64,000 nucleotides of DNA, taken from positions 620,001 to 684,000 of the forward strand of contig JAQGDQ010000017.1 of NCBI GenBank assembly GCA_030141605.1, read 5' to 3'. A program made the position numbers and the translations under genes. Position 1 is the stretch's first letter; every line of letters begins with the position of its first letter. Below, one piece after another: positions 36,731 to 49,887 of the stretch. The stretch is from Tubiluchus corallicola (Eukaryota > Animalia > Priapulida). The notes beneath the pieces are model-generated. The model did no database searches. It saw nothing but the letters and a program-made list of their open reading frames with translations, and was not told the DNA's origin.

Positions 36731-37999
36731 AATTCCCAGATAATCGAAGTATAACTGCAGCTGAACTGCATAATAATGCAATAGTATGTATTTTTCAATT
36801 TGGAAGTGGTGCTGACAAGCCACTGGCAGCAATGTTCAATTTTTGGCTGAATTGCTGCTATGTTTACATGTCTTGAAGACAGACTTCTCTTATTTTAGAA
36901 TTCTGCCTGCCAACAATAGACATAATGGACATGTGAATAACTGAATGTATTTTTAATTGGCGGTAGCATAACCAGCCTTACTTTTGCATGTCTGGCTGTG
37001 TAGTTTGTATACATCTTTCCTGATTGGGTGACATAAGCCTAAATCATTGCCTGGAGTCAGTATGGTAAATGAAAACACTCGAAAGCAGTTTTCTGTTGGC
37101 AATACGCCTATTTTCTTATTAAATCAATTTACTGTACGTCAGTACTTTGAGGAAAGAACAGCAAAAGAACATGAATTCTATTTCTCAAAGTAGGATAAAT
37201 TGTGGCAAAGTCAAATCTTAAATGAAAAGACAAGTCACTTAGTATGTTGAGTTTATTTTACTATTATCACTTAAACTTAGAAAAATATAGCAGACAATTT
37301 TGCAAAAAACTGTTTATAAAGTGTAAATTTAAAATATACTACCTCCAAATAGAATTTTTAAGGCGTGGTGGTTGTGACTATGTTGATCCCTCAGTACTTG
37401 CAAATTATGATGTAACAGGCAGACGTCGTGGCTCTCCGTAAGTGTGCACTGATTAAACTAATTCAAACTTCTGCAGCTTAGCTAAGGTTCAAGCGAAAAT
37501 GTGACGAAATTAGCTATCTAATTGTTTTGTAAATACTTATTATACTTTTGAGCAAAATTGACATTGCGCTACTTTTCTTCAGGACAAATAACGTCATTGA
37601 AAAAAATGGGCATTCAAACGGGAAACAATCGCGACCTTAAAGTGATTTTGCTTATTACATGAGGTGCTTATTGCAGTTTTGTTACTGAATCCTTCTAACA
37701 TTTTTTGTGAACATTGAAATAAGTTTAATTTCCCAGAAGACTTCCCTTTTCTTTAAATTTGATTGTCAAGGATATCATGATCACCCAGAGAGTAGGAAAT
37801 TCAGGCTTTGCTTGCTTATATGTAGTAATAGCAGTTTCATACATAGCTCTACATCTTTTTTCCTTTTTAAAATTTCCACTTTCAAGTCTTTATGGTTTTT
37901 GGTTTTGCAGTGATTATTGGCATAACTTGCCCTTGATTTGCAGGTTTCAGTGAATGAGTATTGCATATATTCATACACATTTGCACCGTTGATGTTGGT

Positions 38000-38222
38000 A
38001 TGGTAGAAGGAGAATTACCATCGCCTGCAGAAAACTCTACATCAGTGAATGACTCATTGTGGACGAACTTCACTTTTATTGCCGAATCCGTACTTCTCAA
38101 CGTGGACTTTAAAATCAAACTGTTGTTCAGCTTCTTACTTATTTTATTCGTTAATGTCACCTTGATTGCGGCTGCCTGGAACAGATACAGTGACAGCATA
38201 TGTGACATGTACTTGAACAAAG
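38000..38222 (+). CDS. First coding exon of a small single-pass membrane protein (3' exon not resolved)
   Basis: MVEGELPSPAENSTSVNDSLWTNFTF has three N-glycosylation sequons, then TM LLFSFLLILFVNVTLIAAAW. Strong donor AAG|GTAAGA and an acceptor TTTGCAG at about 37943. Probable 5' UTR exon 37353-37437. Confidence 0.5.
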
Positions 38223-38234
38223 GTAAGACTTCTG

Positions 38235-38851
38235 TTAAAGCAAAACTGGACCCAATTTAAAACTGTAAGTCAAAACAATCTACTCTTTAAAATATTGAAA
38301 GGGAACACGCAATTTTTTAAATGACTTACGTGAAAGAATTTTACCTCAGAAATACAGTTTCATGTTCGCGACACTAGTTCTTCGCTGTTATGTGCATTTC
38401 GCCATTCGCTAGTTAATGTCTACATTTCGGAAATGCATTATACAAAAACAGGTGCTGTACCTCTCAGTAACAGATGTGTTAGTTTCTGACGAACTATGCA
38501 CATTCGACAGCTCATGCGCGAGCACAGCGGTAAATTTCTAATTTTAATTTTTATCTTAAAACATGCGTGATTTTATTCCAACACACTGAATATCTTAGAG
38601 TAGCAGCACTGTACTTTCCAATTTTCGCATTCGCAAATGCGTGCAACATGCTCGTAGAATATTTTTGCTGTTGAAAATTATGTTAGTTGGTGATGTCATC
38701 AATAGTTGGGCTCGCCCACCCTTAATTAAATTTTTAATTTATTATTTAATTATTAGAAACGCTTTTGCAATATTAATCGTGTTAAAATGTATACTTTTTA
38801 TCGGACTTGAAAATGGGGTGGTATATGAAAACTCATTCTGTCTTCCTTTAA
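38235..38851 (+). mobile_element. Kolobok-like element, copy 2
   Basis: Colinear with 24741-25227. Ends TTAAAG...CCTTTAA. Confidence 0.65.
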
Positions 38852-40560
38852 ATTTGTTAGTTCGGTGGTTTTTGTTAAATTGAAATGAGTAGATGAGACG
38901 CTTGTACTGATATGTGTTCACTGTTCGCTTTACACATATCATTCATATATGTTGTCTGTTTGCCTCATAAGTGGAGGATGTGTAGAATGAGTATCAGTCA
39001 CCTAATTAGCTCAAAAACATCTGGTATTGCCGCTTCTATTCAAATGTATATAAAAACCTCCTGCAATTGACTTGTATAACTCTTTAAAATAAGACACTTG
39101 TGAGTGACCAAAGAACTTTTATTGCTTTTATGTCATCTTTACATCGCTTTTGCACACTGGAATATATGTAGAAACAGTCATGTTAAGTCGGACTTTGTTT
39201 GTAAGTAGGTACGTTTTTATATATGCTAATATGTTAGCCTAGCAGTTTTTTCTTCTGAGGTGTTACCTACTCGTCTGCTGCAATTAACCTTATTGTTTCA
39301 GCAAGTTAAACGTTTAGCGATTTGCCCAGTGGTTTGATTTGGAAATTCCCGCTGCTTTTCACAGAAGGAGGAAGGTCATCACCAATTGCAGCTAAAGCAC
39401 TTGTCGGCATACAGCAACAGATTTTTAATGTTTTTATCTGTATGAGAATTTCATAAATTAACTTCGTCGTGAAGAAGTGAAGCAACCGATCTTGCGTGAA
39501 TTTTTGTAATTTTTAATGATACTAATAGATACCGGCGATTTTTCATCTTCTTTCCTATTAATTCACTTATATAAATTAGTATTCTTAAATAATAATTGCA
39601 CGTAGGAACATTGACATTAATTCGTTGCTAAAATTCATTTACAACCTTTACATCAACCTAAGGTGATGAGTCGTGACTCATACTTGAATAGTAGTAATTA
39701 GCTACACCATTCAGCTATTTGAATTAGTTAGTAAATTGAGTCAAAACGCGTATATCCTAAAGTGAGTCTATGAAGCAGCGCTTAATGTAGTACAAGCGAA
39801 TGTGGCTGAGACCCCTCTGTCGGTTCAGATGGCAGTGATATCATTGACAACGACACATGTTATGTTACAAACATCTCCTAGTCTAGTCCTTTCTTTCTGG
39901 TCCTCTCGGGTGTGCACTTTGTGGAAATGTATAAAAAATTAAATAAACGAACTATGTAATGTGTTTGGACAAGTTATGTACAGTCAAACCTCATTGTACC
40001 ACCTACTTTGGGACCACAAAAAGGTTGGATTATAGCGACTATGCAAATATTGATATTTTGCAAAAAAAATTGGGCATTATGCGAGGTTGACATTCGAGGT
40101 TATAATGAGATTTGACTGTATAGCCAGGTAAAGATTTGTTGAATTGAACATATGTGTGTATTATAAAGATTAAACTTAATATTACAGTAATATTTTTTAG
40201 AAGCAATGGAGTACGAGTCTAATTTAATTGATTTTAATTTGATTTATTAACCCTCAATTCAAATCTACAGATAGTGTACAAACATGTAACAATACAACAG
40301 AATAAAATATTATTAAGAATAAATAAAAATTTTGAGTGTTGGGGAGGCATAAAGTGAAAAACTGCTTGCATGTGCCTTTATAATATTTGAGAAAATTATC
40401 AAGATCAATTGAACACATACTTTTGCAGAATTTGGAAGTGAATTGCATATGTGAACAATCTAGTTAGAAAAAATGTCCAAACTGCATTTTATTTGTTCTT
40501 TGTACAAGCAGTTTTGACGAATTGTTACTCTGCACAAAATCAGATAAAACCCTAGTAAAA

Positions 40561-41007
40561 TACCTTATATAAGCGTGTACAAGTCGACCTTATGTACAAG
40601 TCGATGTGCATTTTAAGAACAAAAATTGCATCATTTTATATATTACCTGTGTGCAAGTCGACCATAAAATATTAAGATCTTCCAGAGTAAATGATGTCAA
40701 CAATGGCCGAGTAATAAACCAATAGCCTACTGTGTTAATGTGCAAGATATGTGCAAGTGCCTGGGCCGAGTATATTATACCTACCCGATGTATATATGTA
40801 TATGTATATATATTCATATTGAGGGCCCTCAATGCAATCCATGATAATGCAGCCTGGCTTTTCAGTGCGCATATTTGTTTGTAATGCCTTTAATCCTAGG
40901 ATATTATGGCCAGGATACGAAAAAAACATATCGAAAGCATAAGTCGACCCCAATAAGTTCACCTTAAAATCGCCTCCCAAAAAATTGTACGGTACGCAAG
41001 TACGGTA
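40561..41007. mobile_element. pogo/Tigger-type MITE
   Basis: Starts TACCTTATATAAGCGTGTACAAGTCGACC, has repeated AAGTCGAC motifs and ends TACGGTA. Confidence 0.6.
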
Positions 41008-41790
41008 CTTTTCAGCACTCAGATCTACATCTTTATGAATGATTTTATAACACATATATAGGTTATTTTGAATTTGTTTTCCTTCTAACGACTTTAAATT
41101 TAAAACTTTTAGTCTGTAGCCATCAACTTTTTGAGTTTGTGTCCTCCTTGCATTTGTTGAACTCAGCCATAAGCTCAAAATGAGTATGTTATGCGTTGAG
41201 CCCTGAAATGAGTTCGAATAAACTACCATATGTCAGCAGAAGTAATATGAGAGCAGTTCTCAAGAGTTGATTTGGTAACACCTGTCATCTTACTTGGTGT
41301 ATTACTGACCATATGTCAGCAGAAGTAATATGAGAACAGTTCTCAAGAATTGATTGGTAACACTTGTCATCTTACTTGGTGTATTACTGACCATATGTCA
41401 GCAGAAGTAATATGAGAACAGTTCTCAAGAATTGATTTGGTAACACTTGTCATCTTACTTGGTATATTACTGACCATATGTCAGCAGAAGTAATATGAGA
41501 GCAGTTCTCATGAGTTGATTTGGTAACACTTGTCATCTTACTTGGTGTATTACTGACCATATGTCAGCAGAAGTAATATGAGAACAGTTCTCAAGAATTG
41601 ATTGGTAACACTTGTCATCTTACTTGGTGTATTACTGACCATATGTCAGCAGAAGTAATATGAGAACAGTTCTCAAGAGTTGATTTGGTAACACTTGTCA
41701 TCTTACTTTGTGTACTACTGTATTTTGAAAGTAAAGATGACTGTCATGAAGAATTTATGTTGAATGCTTCTTTTAAGATGCTTTGAAATT
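41008..41790 (-). mobile_element. CR1-like LINE relic hosting the tandem array
   Basis: YRLKVLNLKSLE..NLYMCYKIIHKDVD matches the CR1 post-RT pattern RL..L.L.SLE.RR...DL...YKI. The upstream extent is uncertain. Confidence 0.5.
41225..41720. repeat. Tandem array, 6 x 82/83 bp, higher-order period 248 bp
   Basis: Units start at 41225, 41308, 41390, 41473, 41556 and 41638 (ACCATATGTCAGCAGAAGTAATATGAGA...). Confidence 0.97.
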
Positions 41791-42980
41791 CTGGTAATAC
41801 TGTTGAACGTGATGCAAAGTATACTGATTACATATGTACATTTAGGTCAAGAATACTAAATGGCAATACTAAATGCTATTTTATGTTCATAAATTTTATT
41901 TAAGATAATCCTGCAGAACTTATATCAGCAGTTTGCAAGCTCTGTGTAGTCAGGTCCGAGTGTGATTTCTAAAAAGTCATGCTGAGTCCTACATCACTGA
42001 AATTTAGATTTTAGTGATAGACTTACTCACCTCTTGTTCTGTGTTGTACTCCAGATTCCCTTGAAGATGAAGAACCATATTCAGCACCTGATAACCTGCC
42101 TAGGGAAATGAGTTATCGACAATAGGCAGCAAAGAATAATAATTGCATGTAGTTAAGAACTAGGGAAAGCTAAATAATTGATAGTTCGATAGGTATGTAT
42201 AATTTTTATTATGCATGTATAAATGTGAATAATATTCTATATTTATTTTTGAAGCCCTAAGAACAAACTATAATAATAAGTTTTAAGCCATTTATAATCA
42301 GTGGTAGGCAGTGGGTTGAGGAACAATGTGAACAATGTAACCAGCTACAGGGTCCGAAGCGCTCTGCTCCCCCAGCAGGACTGGGGTTCACCAAAACATT
42401 TTCCTGTATTTATGGGCATTTTGGAGGCCTCAGAATTCTGGTACTCTGAGCTCTAAATTCTGGTACACTGACTTCCTCAAACATGAAAAAAGCTTTTTTG
42501 ATAAGTTTATTTTAGCTACATTTATGAAGGTAAAATTCATTGTATTCTATTGTAGTGCAGTGCAACGTATATGTTAAAGCAAGTTCATAATGCAGTGAAA
42601 TGCATCGGGCCTACGGAAGACATTGCTTAAGCTTATTATATTTAGTGTCAGTATTAAATGACATGTCTTCCTTATTTGCTCAGAAAAATGTGTGTAATCT
42701 AACATAAAAGTACTCAGTTTTTAGTTAAATTCAATGTTAAAGATTACACAGAGATCACCACCTCACTCTGTAAGTTTTACAGAGTTTGGTGGGTCTGCCT
42801 AAACTGTTGGATATTATTGACTCACGTACAGTTTTCGAACCATTGTCCTTTTCTGATGTTTACGAAACTTTTACACGAATGTCCCACAAATTCTACTGCT
42901 GAACAGTACAACGTTTCGGACATGCAGGTGTGAATGGCAGATAAAATTGAATTTATGGTGGAAACACAAAGTAAATTAAG

Positions 42981-43408
42981 TACCGTATTTTCCCATGTAT
43001 AAGAGACCCTTTTTTGCTCAGAATTTTCACTTTAAAAATAGGGGGTCTCTTATACATGGGAGTAAGCCAACCCTTGGAGAAGTCTGCAGCTGGGTCCTCA
43101 AGGCATGGAATGGTGTAAAGCCAGAGGTCATTATTAAATCTTTCAAGAAGTGTGGCATCTCCAATGCCATGGACAGCACAGAGGACAATGCCATTTTTGA
43201 GCAGAGTGACTCCTCTGATGATGAACTGGCTGGAATTGCTGAAGGTCTGACTCCAGTTGATATTTTTGATGAGAGTGATGAGGAATTTAATGATTTCTAT
43301 GATGAATAAAGTTATTCATTACCAAAAAACTTTTTTCCAGAATTTTTGCCTAAAAATTGAAGGGGTCTCTTATACACAAGGGTCTCTTATACATGGGAAA
43401 ATACGGTA
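42981..43408 (+). mobile_element. Young internally deleted pogo/Tigger element with perfect TIRs and a transposase C-terminal remnant
   Basis: TA TSD. Perfect 29-bp TIR CCGTATTTTCCCATGTATAAGAGACCCTT. Internal ORF 42995-43309 carries WVLKAWNGV..IIKSFKKCGISNAMDSTED and an acidic tail, typical of the pogo DDE C-terminus. Confidence 0.93.
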
Positions 43409-43757
43409 ATACTGTAGTGCCATTAAGTATTGTTTAATTGTACATGTACAACAATTGTTTAGTTATACAGCGTACTTCTGTTTTAGAAAATAGAAGGACT
43501 ACAGTGCGTGTTTTGCATGTATTGACTGCACGTCTCTGTTTATATTACAATTTTAGATTGTGCCATAAATTCCAGCAAGCTGTCCTTCACTGGTAGGCAT
43601 TAACAACAGAAAGTGAACTAAAATTGCAAAATATTTTACTTCAAAGATAGCATGGAGTTATGCCAAATATGTCTTTATTATTGTCTTCTTTGTTAAATAA
43701 TTTCTCCTTTTTTTTGCTGTGTTGCAGTTTTGTCTTTACACTATTTTTGAGTTCACG

Positions 43758-44258
43758 ATGGCGGCAATAAAGAAATTCTTTATGCAAAAGAAAGCCGATT
43801 TGAAATTCAAGACAGCTGGAGCAGGTCATCGGTTATCGGAACCTCGAGCTGCGCCTCAGAATATCACAAAGGGTAAATATCAGTTGCTTCTAGAAAAGTA
43901 TCGTGCCCAGTGAATAAGTCTAAAATCTAAATCCCCCCCCCCTATTGAATTATAACCGCTATGTTTGTTTCTTTATAACGTTGCAGGCAAATGATAAACA
44001 TGAAGTAAATATAAGAATTGAACTACAAGTCTGATCTGTGAAATCAGAACTGTGTAATTAGGTATCTAGGAGAGTGTAGTACGTATGTGTTGCATTCAGT
44101 GGCAGCTCATATCAAAATTAGTGGGGTGGTGCTTTGGAAATTTTTTATCTATTGTTTTAATATTGTTTAGAATGAAGCAAACATACGAAAAGAAATTTTA
44201 GTCAAAAAGAAATACTACCTTACCCTTGCACAACAGTGTCGGCACTGAGTGAGCCACA

Positions 44259-44331
<73 letters not shown>

Positions 44332-47300
44332 CTCTCTCTCGCTCTCTCTACGTAGCGTGCAGCTTCTTATCTCGGACTTGAAGCATATCCTCATGCACAC
44401 AACAGCCAAACACCTCGTTGCTGGAACTGTGAAGCACACAGTTCCGATTCAAGGATTTTTGTATGTTTTTCTTGAACTAGGGAATGACTACTGACATTCG
44501 GCTTAAGAATTATATAATGTACAAGTATAAAGAAAGAATTAAAGAACAAACTCATTATATTAAACATTATCAACAATATTGAGTGAAAATAGGGGGTGCT
44601 GCAGTTCTGCAGTGCCTATACAGGAGCCACCACTGGTTACATTTCAAATAAAGGCCTTAGTTAATAGTATACATGTAATTAGTACAATGGTGTAATTAGT
44701 GGAAAAACTGTATAGCACTTTCGCATTCAACTTGTAAAATTTCAAACTTGAGGACATTTAACGATTTTATATTGCAGGTGCAAGAACAAACCAATCGACG
44801 CGACCACGAGATGGTCCAGCCGAGGAAGCAAAAAAGGCAGCTGAAGCAGCCATTGCCAGACTAGAAGCTCCATTACCTGGGTATTTAGTTTTCTCGGCCA
44901 ATAATAAGTCAAATAATATCAGTGTAATAGTTTTTGTTTGCGGCCCTGTGTGTATTTGATTCTGTCTTTTGTACACATAGTTCAGCCTGTTATGATTGCT
45001 ATCATAGCATTACAAGTTACGAGGACCAAAACAGCCAAATTCTGAAATAGGAAATGGTACTATCCAACAAACTTTAACTATCCTGTAAATTTAGCCGTTC
45101 ATAAAATCTGTAAACAATGGCTGTTGCAGCAACTATTTTATTAATAGTTTGTTTAATGCTTGTTTTATTACTCCTATTTAAATCAGTGGCGGCTAGTGTA
45201 TAGGTACTGTGGTACTGCAGCACCCCTTGTTTTCACTCATTATTAGCGATAATATTCAATATAATAAGTCTTTTTTCTTTAGTTCTTTCTTTATACTTTT
45301 GCGGAACCGGAGCACGTGAGGGAAGTACAATTTGCTTCACAGCCCCAGTGTTTGGCTGCTGGGCGCATGGAGCCGTACACACACGTCTGAGATAAGACAC
45401 TGTATTTTAGGTAGAAAGAGTACTGTCGCTCACTGCTGTACGTGTTGTCAGTTGTCACGTGTTTAAAAGCCATGTATGCATATTCTTGAACTGCGATCAT
45501 TTAGGCTATTCAGAAGAAAACTATATTTTATGTTTAGGAGTTTATCAGGGTTATGTTTAAATTAGTTTTTTTTTGTTTTTAAAATTACAATTATAACATT
45601 ATAATTACATACGTTTGTTTTGTTTTGCACAGTATTAAAACAATGGCCAAAAAATTTTCATTTTGTAGCACCCCCACTAATTTTAGCTACGAGCTGCCAC
45701 TGATTTAAATGGCTGCAAAAACCATGGATACATTCCGTCTGTTTTATTCATGTGAGTGTAACACGTTTAATGAAACAACTAACACACTTAAATCAGGAAT
45801 TTGCTGTTTCCTAAAAACTTTAACAATTGCAAAATTTCTAAACTTTTCACAAAGCAATGATCAAAACATAAACTACGTTTTCATTGCAAAGTATCACATC
45901 TGTGAATTTTTGAAAAAATATGTTAAACATGTTTTTTAATGTGTTCACTTGATGGCAGCAAGAATCATTAATTTGTGACAGGTATGCAAAAGGAGGCTCA
46001 ACTGCCATTCAGATACGGATGCGTAAAGAATTGGAAGCTGAACGCAAAGCGGCAAAGAAAAGGGTAAGCATAGGAACATGTCGAGATAAATTCGAAATTT
46101 TTCATAGATTATTCAGGTTAAAATTTGGAATTAAACAATGTTTTTTCTGCTTTGCTGCCGGTTTGGGTCAAGGGCTCACATGGTTTTCCAAAAAGTGAGC
46201 CCATGCTGCACCAAACTTTGTTTTTTCATCATTATTATGCAGCAGAAAAAACTACAAATTTCATTCAACAGACGACTCTATAAAAGGCAATTACTTGTGT
46301 GGCAGAAGTCTTTGTAATAAAGTAAAATCAGCATCTACCTATTAACATCATTCCTTTCACTTAATTTGTTCCAATAGCTTTACTGTTTCTTACTTTGCTT
46401 GTCATTGGTTGGGTTTCTGTTGTGAAATTTCTACTGTCGCTCATGCATACGACTTGCAGCTCTGATGCTTAAAGTACAGCAGACGAAAAATAATTTACCA
46501 GCACTCATTGGTAGTCATTTTCATCTTTATAAGTTTTTTAATTTAATTTAATTTATTTATATGCCCATCTGGCAAAATTACAGTGTGCTGGAGCAACCAG
46601 TGCCTAATTACAAATACAGTATAATCCATTTATAACGAGTTTCAAGGGACTGTGAAAATTTGCTCGTTATGACCAAGTCTCGTTATAGCCGAGGTCAGTT
46701 GCTTGACCGTATGTATAAGACAGGAATGAAGCCTGTAAGGCGAATATGATGTAATGATGAAAGAAGCCCTCTCTTTTGAGACTGGTAAAACTTTCTTAAT
46801 GAGTGCCACAATTCTGCAATTATTTTGTCACTATTGAGTAAACTTATAGTGTTCAAACATTGTTATTTCTAGGATTACATCAGTACATGCAATAAATAAA
46901 TCCCTGCATCAAATCGCCATGCGAGTTGCTTTCTAAGATACCACTGCTGTAATTCATTGTGTTGTTTGCTGAGTGTGTTTTGTATGAGTGTTACAGTACA
47001 ATCATTCAACTGCCTGGCAAGACCCTGGATCCCTGCGTGGGAGGAAAACACGGGTGGTTTTTATGGGGGGATGCATCATTATATAAATAGATGTGCAGGG
47101 TGCAGTTTTTTTGATTATGAGCATTTCAGACAGGACCTACGTCGGTTAATAACTGGCTAGCCTGCGTGTACTATTTAATGTATTTAATGTAAGATCTCTG
47201 TATTTGTTTAAAACAGTATTTTTATAAAAATTTAACTTTGAAAAGCCTTACCAAGATAATCATTTATTTAGCCACTTGGAACAGTTTATTTTTTTTAGAA

Positions 47301-49887
47301 AACTCTGTTATTTTTGCTTGCTTCACATTTCATGCCCTCTTCATGCTAACTATGAAATTACAACTGCAGCAGCACACATAGACCTGCCAACACATCTCAT
47401 GTACTGTACTTAACACTCATTGTTTTTGCACGATTTATAAATTAATCCCTCAGTTACTTTTTTGACCTTGTTTAATGGTGCCAATTTTCCCTGTGTTTAA
47501 GACTCTGTGCTCACTATATCCAGTGGAAATACAGTCACAGGGTGGAAAACTTCCCTCGTAATAAGAAAACTTCCCTTTAAAATTCCCTTATTAAACCCAG
47601 AGGTATTTTAACAGTAAAAATGTGCCATATTTCTCTTGCAGTTAAAAGAAGAACAAGCCTCTACTGCCTCTGCAAGTAACATCATTGAAGCTGACGGTCC
47701 ACCTCAACTCTCTGTGAGCGGCATTTATTACAACTGTGCTTTGATTGGCCCAGATGTGTTACCTTACAGTGAAATGGAGTTACGAATCAAGAACTTCCTG
47801 TACACCCAAGCAGAGGAGGAGCCTGCACTTGGTTATGCACTTATCATACAAACTTTAAACAAAAGCCCGGAGAAGGTCAAGATATGTGTGGAAACCCTTT
47901 GCAAGTATTTAGACAACATTATTCAAAATCCAGATGAGGAGAAATTTCGAAAAATCCGTCTCGGCAATAAAGCGTTTCAGGAGCGGGTGAAGCCGATCAC
48001 CGGTGCCGTGGAGTTCCTCCAAGCTGTTGGCTACAAAAAAGAGATGCAGCATGTCCAAGAACAGGAAGAGGAATTTCTTGTAATTTCTCCAGAAAGAGCC
48101 CGGGAAACGGGCTTGTTTATCGAAATGAAAGAGGTTTTAGTTGCCGCGGAACCGATTCGGCCGCAGCTTGATCGTTCATTGAGAGTGTTTGCATCTTCGG
48201 GGAACGTGACAAGGTTCGATTTGCCGGATGAGTTCTTCAACGTTACGGTAGAGGAAGTAAAGAAAGAGCAGCGACAGAGAACAGATGCTATGGAGAAACA
48301 ACTGCAGCTGAAGACTAAAGCTATGAAAGAAAGAGAAGAACAGAGAGAACTCAGAAAGTAAGTAATAAGCACACATTTATAGTGTGTTTATAAAGTGGAA
48401 GTCCCAGTTTCTCTTTTTTTATATAGTAATTATGGTACCATTTATGTCTTCTTATGCTTTGTTAGTTTAATTCGACTTGCTTAATTAATGTTCCTTTTAG
48501 CTGTAGTTGTATCCAAAACTGGAATATTAAAAAGTAGCACCATTTTTTACATTTGCTTGATTAACCTGGCTGTGTCTTCAGTATCTTGGTTATGGACTGC
48601 TTTGTTATTTACATAAGTAAAATTACAGTAGAAATATGTTTTAGTTCTGACAAAAACCGCATTTCCTGTAAATCTGTTCCTTTTTTTGGCAAATACCATT
48701 TCATTTAATAAACTTTCCCAGTTTTCCTGATTTCAAGTATAAACTCCAACATTTGTAATTCTGCCATAAAGCATTATCTTGCTGCCGAAATTGGCACTTT
48801 GCCCTGAATAAGACTGTGAAACCTTTGAATTTTGTGCACAGACTGTAATAATGCTAATGGCTTCACATTGTTTCAGATACAGGTTTACATTAATCAGGAT
48901 ACGTTTTCCGGACAATGTCACACTACAGGGCACGTTTCGTTCAACAGAAACCATAGGTGCCATCTATGAGTGCATACGGGAAAATCTTGTTAACAGCTGG
49001 CAGCCATTTTACTTGCTGACCGGTGACGGAAGCACCAAGTTAGAGGAGGAGTGTTCTGAAACGTTAGCGGAGTTAAAGTTGGCTCCTGCAGCTCTGATCA
49101 TCTTCACATGGGAGCCAGAGGTTTGTGCGAATGCTTTTTTAGTGATTAGTTAGGTAGTAAGATATCTGTTGGTCACTCGTTTGTTATACAACAGAGCCAT
49201 TGTGAATAGGAAAACACCTCAAAATCTCATATTTTACATATTTCTCTACTCTTTTTTGAGTAATGCTTGCACTCTTAAGTGCATTTACAGTTAACTAAGT
49301 GTAACTCGACCCATTATAACTCGAATTCTTGCATATCTTGAACAGATCTCGTGAAACAGATTTTCCCTTTCATTTTTCTCTTTGTCAAACATTGTGTAAC
49401 TCAAACAGTTTATAAGAATTCCTGGCACAGATTACCCTGCCTTTTCGAACAACCTCCCAAGTAACAAATCACATGGAAAAGTGTTTACGATTTTAACTGC
49501 TAGTTTGAGCAAAAATGCTAAAATTTCTTGTATTACCCTAGCAGACTGTTGAAAGCCACATGGTTTAATGAACATAGTTTAATAACTAGATCACATTATT
49601 AATATTATTGCCAAATTCTATTAACCATGCTAATCAGATTATAATAAAACCTGTTGTCCCCCACTAGAATAGTGGTCATGTTATTTCCATGCAAAAATTG
49701 CTATCTTTTCCTACCAAAACTTTATGGATTAAGAATGTAGAGTATAAGTTTCAAGGTACTTCACTAAATTAGTGTTTCTTCAATTTTTCAGGTACTGAAA
49801 GAGATAAGTTCTCAACTTGGAAAGACAGATAAAGTGGAGTATCTAATGCCTTCTCTACTCGCTCGTATGGAAGCACTGCAGATTTAA
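43758..49887 (+). CDS. UBXN6: UBX domain-containing protein 6 (UBXD1), 451 aa; exons 43758-43872, 44778-44880, 45982-46063, 47642-48357, 48877-49120, 49792-49887
   Basis: N-terminus IKKFF..KADLKFKTAG.G, VIM-like AAEAAIARLE, PUB domain CVETLCKYLDNIIQNPDEEKFRKI..NKAFQERV, UBX domain YRFTLIRIRFPD..LQGTF. All introns GT-AG; 1356 nt in frame. Confidence 0.95.
44097..44635 (-). mobile_element. hAT MITE family A (reverse orientation) containing a (CT)n microsatellite at 44262-44348
   Basis: Ends CAGTGGCAGCTC...GAGCCACCACTG. TSD GTTGCATT/GTTACATT (7/8). Confidence 0.88.
45184..45702 (+). mobile_element. hAT MITE family A (forward orientation)
   Basis: Ends CAGTGGCGGCT...AGCTGCCACTG. Perfect TSD ATTTAAAT at 45176-45183 and 45703-45710. 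Confidence 0.9.

Noticed and set aside
40735-41229. 164-aa minus-strand ORF as a gene
   Set aside because: It is a chance read-through from a CR1 remnant into a pogo MITE.
41225-41720. CRISPR-like regular repeats
   Set aside because: Whole units repeat with no unique spacers, there are no cas genes, and the context is eukaryotic.
44215-44494. ORFs with ER or SL dipeptide runs (also 20502-21029)
   Set aside because: They are translations of (CT)n/(GA)n microsatellites.
47010-47170. GC-richer stretch as a tRNA, SINE or ribozyme
   Set aside because: No cloverleaf, A/B boxes or consistent ribozyme fold could be built.
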